A stretch of DNA of 10,993 nucleotides from a virus. Its lineage: Duplodnaviria; Heunggongvirae; Uroviricota; Caudoviricetes. Shown here one piece after another: positions 6,155 to 10,993 of the stretch. Location: the IMG/VR virus record IMGVR_UViG_3300029267_003207. One strand, given 5' to 3'. Both the position numbers and the translations under genes were made by a program. Below the pieces are notes generated by a model. The model worked only from the letters and a program-made list of their open reading frames with translations. It searched no databases and had not been told where the DNA came from. Position 1 is the first letter of the stretch, and each line of letters starts with the position of its first letter.

Positions 6155-6284
6155 TGTTTATGGCTTCCTGAAATTCTTTCCAAGTCTTTCCTATATTCTT
6201 CGCAACGTCCGGTAGCTTTTTTCCAAATAACAGCACTGCTATTCCGCCAATTATCAGCATTTCCATTGGTCCTATTCCGAACAT
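6147..6284 (-). CDS. tatA: Twin-arginine translocase TatA/E(B)-family subunit, 45 aa, not in the ORF track
   Basis: Hand translation MFGIGPMEMLIIGGIAVLLFGKKLPDVAKNIGKTWKEFQEAINND*: polar E8 in the TM helix, F20-G21 hinge, amphipathic helix ending in EF. AAGGAG RBS 7 nt upstream; 8-nt overlap with the ugd start. Confidence 0.9.
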   Translation of the reverse strand: MFGIGPMEMLIIGGIAVLLFGKKLPDVAKNIGKTWKEFQEAINND

Positions 6285-6688
6285 CTCATTACTCCTTGAA
6301 CAATGGCCATAGTGTCATTGGCAACGGTTGAACTTCGAACTCGGAAGTTTGCGTGTTCATCGTCCGATTCAAACCAGATTAAGTGCTTCTTAGCCCACAG
6401 AGCTTGTGGTAATAGGTCACAAAGTAACTTTAGCTTAACATCACCTTTGGCTACTTTACTTCTAAGAGCCTTGGGATCAGCACCTGGCTTTAGAAGTGTG
6501 TAATAATGAGAAGGGTATTCAAGCTTCTGATAAAAACTTTTCAGTTCTTTAGCAAGAAACTTGTCACACAAATCAACATGACCTATTGAAAAGAAATTTT
6601 CCACAAGCGTAAACTTTGTTGAAAGAGGTCTATTTGTGGTATCGGTCACAATTTCTCCAAGCGGTAAACGTCCTTCTGCAAATCTCAT
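6272..6688 (-). CDS. Hypothetical protein (~138 aa, MRFAEGRLPLGEIV...)
   Basis: ORF track 6272..6700. The ATG at 6688 forms a TAATG overlap with the HNH stop. Confidence 0.7.
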   Translation of the reverse strand: MRFAEGRLPLGEIVTDTTNRPLSTKFTLVENFFSIGHVDLCDKFLAKELKSFYQKLEYPSHYYTLLKPGADPKALRSKVAKGDVKLKLLCDLLPQALWAKKHLIWFESDDEHANFRVRSSTVANDTMAIVQGVMRCSE

Positions 6689-7056
6689 TACCACAACCAA
6701 CCTAGAATTTTCTTAAACCAAGACTGACGAAATCGACGACGTTCTGCAATGTAAAGTGCTTCGAATTCAATTCTTTTACTTTCAATATACTCCCTGGCAT
6801 CTTTAATATTTTTCGCGACATAATCGCTTTTCATATTATTGCAAATATGGCAGCAGCAAACCATGTTATCAATATCAAGAGAATCGCCGCCATTACCTAT
6901 CGCTTTAAGATGGTCAACTGAGCGGAAGTGGAAAAGAAGAGGTGAAGAAAGCAGGTCTATTCCACAGTATGCACATTTATAATTATCTCTGCGACACACC
7001 AGTGTTCTAATTTTTCTACGTCGCTTAGAGTTGAGATTTTGGTACTTCGACTTCAT
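6688..7056 (-). CDS. HNH endonuclease (zinc-binding CxxC...CxxC type)
   Basis: RDNYKCAYCG...SVDHLKAIGNGG...DNMVCCCHICNNMK is a typical HNH/McrA-like motif. Confidence 0.88.
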   Translation of the reverse strand: MKSKYQNLNSKRRRKIRTLVCRRDNYKCAYCGIDLLSSPLLFHFRSVDHLKAIGNGGDSLDIDNMVCCCHICNNMKSDYVAKNIKDAREYIESKRIEFEALYIAERRRFRQSWFKKILGWLW

Positions 7057-7735
7057 CCAGTCTTTCCTTGATTATTTCACAATAGTTTTCACTAAGTTCG
7101 ATTCCAAGAAACTTCCTGCCCAGTTTCTTAGCGGCAACTAATGTTGTACCACTTCCTGCAAAGGGATCAACTACTAAATCTCCCGACTTACTGCTTGTCT
7201 GAATGATCCTTTCAAGAATACTCAATGGCATTTGACAAGGATGGTTCACTCGTTCCTTAAATGTTCCACATACTCTTGAAAACTTCCAGACGTCCCCAGG
7301 AATCTTTCCGCCGTTTGCACGCTTATCACCAATTTTTTGCCTAACAGATTCGATAAAAGGAGGTGTAAAAGTGTTGGCTTTTTTGCCTTTAACGTAATAT
7401 AACAGGTGAGTGTGGCACCGCCCAAATTTCTGCTTACAATAAACACCGAAAGCATAGTGCCATATAACCCAGTTGCGACGATTAAAACCAACAGTTTTAG
7501 CTGTAATATCAAGCTCTGATACAAAATCATCACCGATTGCAAGCCAAAACGTTCCGCCGGGTTTTAAACAATTATAACATGCTTGCATCCATTCCTCACA
7601 CCATTCAATATAATTGTCATTGTAGTCAATATACTTATCGTATTTGTAATTTATATTGAATGGTGGGTCTGCAAAAATTAGATCAACTTCACCTAGTTCC
7701 GGTAGTGCTTTTAGACAATCAGCGTTAACAATCAT
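7025..7735 (-). CDS. Site-specific DNA methyltransferase, beta class (N6-adenine or N4-cytosine)
   Basis: Motif IV LIFADPPFN; NWVIWHY; HPCQMP; motif I VVDPFAGSGTT; GIELSENY. Confidence 0.93.
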   Translation of the reverse strand: MIVNADCLKALPELGEVDLIFADPPFNINYKYDKYIDYNDNYIEWCEEWMQACYNCLKPGGTFWLAIGDDFVSELDITAKTVGFNRRNWVIWHYAFGVYCKQKFGRCHTHLLYYVKGKKANTFTPPFIESVRQKIGDKRANGGKIPGDVWKFSRVCGTFKERVNHPCQMPLSILERIIQTSSKSGDLVVDPFAGSGTTLVAAKKLGRKFLGIELSENYCEIIKERLDEVEVPKSQL

Positions 7736-8064
7736 GCAACACCGTCAATATCAAAACAGGCTGAATCGTTTTCAAGCCGAACACATGTTGCATCAAAGAC
7801 TTGGCCGCTGTAATTTGAAAACACTATTTCTTTTTCAGGCGAGTTCGCAGTCTCTAGTTTTTGTCGTAACTCTACCGCTGATAGAGGTATAAGATTTGGC
7901 TGCTCCAATGCCGCCATAGTCGGTGTTACAATATCAACTATAACTTTACCGTTTTCTCGCCTCACACAACAAGGATAATTTTTAGCTCCAACGAAATCCG
8001 AAACCTCTACACAAGAATCAGATGGGAGTATATTAAGCCGGTTCAACGCTTCTTGAACAATCAT
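7732..8064 (-). CDS. Hypothetical protein (110 aa) with two internal 'xxxELxxxLxxxP/xD/ExEV'-like repeats
   Basis: ORF track; MIVQEALNRLNILPSDSCVEVS and LSAVELRQKLETANSPEKEIVFS; ATGA overlaps at both ends. Confidence 0.7.
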   Translation of the reverse strand: MIVQEALNRLNILPSDSCVEVSDFVGAKNYPCCVRRENGKVIVDIVTPTMAALEQPNLIPLSAVELRQKLETANSPEKEIVFSNYSGQVFDATCVRLENDSACFDIDGVA

Positions 8065-8534
8065 TTTTCAAACCAAAGTAAAAAGTCTAAAGGAACAGTT
8101 ATAGTTTCAAACGAAGAAGAATACTTCAAAAGCATCAGGGCATACTTATACTGCTTTTGAGTTTTAACATATCTGTATTCAGCTTGCCACTTTTTAACCA
8201 AAGACCAAAGAGATTCATAGTTAAAATAACGGAAATCAACCTTGTCGCCACGTAGCCAAGATTGAATATCCTCCTTGGTGAATACCTCACCTTCGTACCA
8301 ATATTTTAAATCATTCTTGTTTCTCAGAACTGGAGGTTGTAAAGAATCCAGGGCCCGGATAAACCAAAATTTCCACGTTTTATGGTTCTCATGGTAATAT
8401 CTGACAGACTCCATGATCGAATCATATATGTGGCCTACCCCCTCTTCTAGGGTGGTGGCGATTAGTTCTTGATGCCTCTCTACACGTTTAAGCAGGGAGG
8501 CGCGGAAAGTCGATGAAAATTTTATTGTGATCAT
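8061..8534 (-). CDS. Hypothetical protein (157 aa), probably leaderless mRNA
   Basis: ORF track; the ATG lies 6 nt downstream of a TATAAT -10 box, with no SD. Confidence 0.75.
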   Translation of the reverse strand: MITIKFSSTFRASLLKRVERHQELIATTLEEGVGHIYDSIMESVRYYHENHKTWKFWFIRALDSLQPPVLRNKNDLKYWYEGEVFTKEDIQSWLRGDKVDFRYFNYESLWSLVKKWQAEYRYVKTQKQYKYALMLLKYSSSFETITVPLDFLLWFEK

Positions 8535-8540
8535 ACTACT

Positions 8541-8568
8541 ATTATACTCTGAATTCTTAATTTGTCAA
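8541..8568 (-). promoter_or_regulatory. Consensus sigma70-type promoter
   Basis: Minus strand TTGACA (8568-8563), 16-nt spacer, TATAAT (8546-8541), in the 43-nt gap between nrdJ and the next ORF. Confidence 0.8.
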
Positions 8569-8577
8569 CCCCCTAAA

Positions 8578-10884
8578 TTAGCTGCATCCACCAGAAGTTC
8601 CGCAATTTTTACAGAAACTACAAGCGCCTAGTCGGATCATTAGACTACCACACTCTTGACAAATCTCACCAGTCTCTACTTCCTTGTCATCCTTATGTAG
8701 AAACTCTTTTTCCAACCACCTAAAAATATAGTCAACAATTGACTTTGCAAAACGGATATCCTTGTGAGACGTCATTCCACTTGGCTCAAAAGAATACATT
8801 GAGAATTTGTCAATATAAGTTCGTAAAGGCACACCACATTGAAGCCCCAAGCTTACACTAATCGAAAAGGCACTAAGAAGTCCAGATAGTGTGGAACCTT
8901 CCTTGCTCATACTTATGAATAATTCTCCTGGCATACCATCGTCATACAGACCCACAGTTAAATATCCTTCGTGCCCGCCAATCTTAAATTTATGAGTTAT
9001 AGCCTTCCGTGTTTCAGGCATTTTAACACGGCTGGTTTCTTGTGGACTGAGACTAGTGACAAGAGGTTGATTACCTTTTGACCCATCTCGATAAATTGTG
9101 ATGGATTTTAACCCTAATTCTCTAGCTTTAAGAATCGCTTTACCAACATCTTCAGGAGTTGCATTCTTAGGCAGGTTTACTGTCTTGGAAATGGCCCCAC
9201 TAAGATATTGCTGTGCTGCCGCCATCATGCACAGATGGTCCTCCCACGTTAAACCATCCATAGCAGTAGCAAGAACTTTTTTAACTTCTTCAGGAGCCTC
9301 TAGTTTGCCTGTTTGCTTCAGCGTTTCAATAGCTTCTTCATATCCACGACGCTTCAGATAAGCTTCAGCCTCTTTGTTCAGCGTCTTAATAACGCCCCCG
9401 TCAATAAGCTGTTTATACTTAACTAAGCTAAATTCGGGCTCAATACCAAACGTGTCACAATCCATCATAAAGCTGATCGTGCCGGTTGGCGCAAGAAGCG
9501 TAAACTGAGCATTACGAACTGGCGACCGATTAAAGTTATCAATCTGCTTATCAAGAACATCATTCAAGGCGCCCTTATTTTCTTCATATGCTTCAAACGG
9601 GCCAAGCATCTTAGCTAATGTTTGACTAGTTGCAACCGCGTGCTTTTGGAGCATCTTAGTAACTTTACGGGTATACTCAACTGCGCCAGGGCCACCATAC
9701 CGTAATCCAGCACGGATTAAACAAGCTCCAAGATTTGAATAACCCAAACCAAGAGGTCGAAACCGCCTACTGTTTCTATCAATCTCTTCACTCGGATAAC
9801 TAGCAAGATCGACCAGAATATCTTGAGCAGTAATCATTACCTGGATAGTTTTCTTCAGGTACACTTCAGAAATTTGACCATTTTCATCAGCATGCTTCAA
9901 AAGATTGATCGATGCTAGGTTGCAAGCAGAGTTATCAAGAAAGACAAACTCACCACAAGGGTTAGAACTTGTAATCTTCCCAGAGTTTTTACAAGTGTTG
10001 TGTTTGTTAATTACATCAATGAACTGAACCCCTGGGTCACCGCAATTCCATGCGCACTTACAGATTTCATCAAATACTTCTTTTGCCTGAAGTGAATTGC
10101 CGTTTTCTAGAGCATACTCGCTGCCACACTTCAACTGTTTAAGAAAATCATCATCAAGTTGTACTGAAATGTTAGCGTTCTGGAATTTAACAGAGCCATC
10201 AACATCCAAACCAGAAGCGGTAATAGCTCTGGCTTTTTCTTCTTCAGTCTTTTTACAGTTAATAAAGTCCAAAATATCAGGATGCCGAACGCTCAGTTCA
10301 AGCATCAAAGCTGCTCTACGGGTTTTGCCACCAGACTTGACGATACCAGCAACGCTGTCATAGACCTCCATAAAGCTAACAGGTCCACTAGGAGTGCCGC
10401 CACCTGAAAGCTTAGCAGTCTTAGATCGAAGCTTAGATAAACTTCCACCTAATCCACCGCCCATTTGGAATATTTTAGCTTCAAGATTGGCGAAATCCAT
10501 GATGGATTGCATGTCATCTTCAATATTGGTTATGAAGCAAGCACTTGCAATACAGTTATCACGTAGACCAACGTTAAACCAAACCGGACTATTGAATGAA
10601 GCATTTTGATAATATAGAATTGCTTTTAGCTCATACCGAAAATCATCAGCATGTTCAAAATATGGATTAGTATCGAAGTAGCCAAGCTCTTCACCCTTAT
10701 CAGCAACAGCATTGACAACTCGGTCAAGCATTTGCTCAATACTGGTCTCACCTTCTGCAAGATATTTGCTTGCCACGATACTAACAGCCGTATCTGACCA
10801 TTTCGGAGGAGCCAGAATCTTTTTCTCAAAGATCACTTCGCCCTTGTCATTTAGAATAGAAACTTCCCTCTCAGTATATATCAT
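8578..10884 (-). CDS. nrdJ: Class II (adenosylcobalamin-dependent) ribonucleotide reductase with C-terminal TSCPD-like and zinc-ribbon domains
   Basis: FNSPVWFN, SACFI, GPVSFM, KSGGKTRRAA, HPDILDF, SNPCGE (thiyl Cys), ACNLASINL, RPLGLG, APTGTISF, GIEP, ISKTVNLP, IYRDGSK; RKAITHKF...GELF...KEGST domain; CxxC...CxxC-GCS terminus. No intein motifs seen. Confidence 0.93.
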   Translation of the reverse strand: MIYTEREVSILNDKGEVIFEKKILAPPKWSDTAVSIVASKYLAEGETSIEQMLDRVVNAVADKGEELGYFDTNPYFEHADDFRYELKAILYYQNASFNSPVWFNVGLRDNCIASACFITNIEDDMQSIMDFANLEAKIFQMGGGLGGSLSKLRSKTAKLSGGGTPSGPVSFMEVYDSVAGIVKSGGKTRRAALMLELSVRHPDILDFINCKKTEEEKARAITASGLDVDGSVKFQNANISVQLDDDFLKQLKCGSEYALENGNSLQAKEVFDEICKCAWNCGDPGVQFIDVINKHNTCKNSGKITSSNPCGEFVFLDNSACNLASINLLKHADENGQISEVYLKKTIQVMITAQDILVDLASYPSEEIDRNSRRFRPLGLGYSNLGACLIRAGLRYGGPGAVEYTRKVTKMLQKHAVATSQTLAKMLGPFEAYEENKGALNDVLDKQIDNFNRSPVRNAQFTLLAPTGTISFMMDCDTFGIEPEFSLVKYKQLIDGGVIKTLNKEAEAYLKRRGYEEAIETLKQTGKLEAPEEVKKVLATAMDGLTWEDHLCMMAAAQQYLSGAISKTVNLPKNATPEDVGKAILKARELGLKSITIYRDGSKGNQPLVTSLSPQETSRVKMPETRKAITHKFKIGGHEGYLTVGLYDDGMPGELFISMSKEGSTLSGLLSAFSISVSLGLQCGVPLRTYIDKFSMYSFEPSGMTSHKDIRFAKSIVDYIFRWLEKEFLHKDDKEVETGEICQECGSLMIRLGACSFCKNCGTSGGCS

Positions 10885-10993
10885 AGTTGCTCCACTAGAT
10901 CATCAAAAATAAAAGTGTGTTCTGTAAACTTACGAAGAATGCAGGACGTTATATCACGAATTTGTTTTTGAGCGTGTGAATTCAAAGCCCGCT
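10881..10993 (-). CDS. thyX: 3' end of a probable FAD-dependent thymidylate synthase (partial, runs off the right edge)
   Basis: Hand translation ...RALNSHAQKQIRDITSCILRKFTEHTFIFDDLVEQL*, resembling the ThyX C-terminal R...HAQxEIR...IF motif; ATGA overlap with nrdJ. Only 36 residues are visible. Confidence 0.6.
   Translation of the reverse strand, partial: RALNSHAQKQIRDITSCILRKFTEHTFIFDDLVEQL

Noticed and set aside
6190-6280. Apparent non-coding gap between the 142-aa ORF and ugd, first considered as an RNA element
   Set aside because: No cloverleaf or stable hairpin; it is explained by the TatA ORF.
7246-7542. Alternative-frame minus-strand ORFs 7246..7542 and 10626..10829
   Set aside because: Fully nested in the methyltransferase and nrdJ, with no recognisable motifs.
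48-10912. Plus-strand ORFs in the track (e.g. 48..323, 683..889, 2781..3044, 3684..4052, 9098..9361, 10097..10363)
   Set aside because: All lie antisense to well-supported minus-strand genes and have no recognisable motifs; treated as shadows.
1-10993. CRISPR array, transposase, integrase/att site, intrinsic terminators, GATC avoidance
   Set aside because: By eye I found no regularly spaced repeats, no transposase or integrase motifs and no clear GC hairpin plus U-tract. GATC occurs many times, so there is no evidence of avoidance.

Overview
An AT-rich, gene-dense window whose genes all lie on the minus strand. It looks like the nucleotide-metabolism/accessory region of a large bacteriophage (phage identity is inferred; no structural genes are visible). 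In transcription order (right to left) it holds: the 3' end of a probable thyX; a compact class II (B12-dependent) ribonucleotide reductase nrdJ; a consensus sigma70 promoter driving hypothetical genes, a beta-class DNA methyltransferase, an HNH protein, a hypothetical, a 45-aa TatA-family protein missed by the ORF track, UDP-glucose 6-dehydrogenase and a hypothetical; a second consensus promoter driving tRNA-Ile(UAU), a run of very small ORFs (five of them ungapped-alignable paralogs), a second methyltransferase, a Zn-finger/NUMOD3/PD-(D/E)XK homing-type endonuclease abutting tRNA-Asn, a beta-helix-like protein, small membrane proteins and tRNA-Lys. About ten real-looking short ORFs fall below the 60-aa threshold of the ORF track and were translated by hand. 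All plus-strand ORFs in the track look like shadows. Protein family calls come from motif recognition, not database searches.
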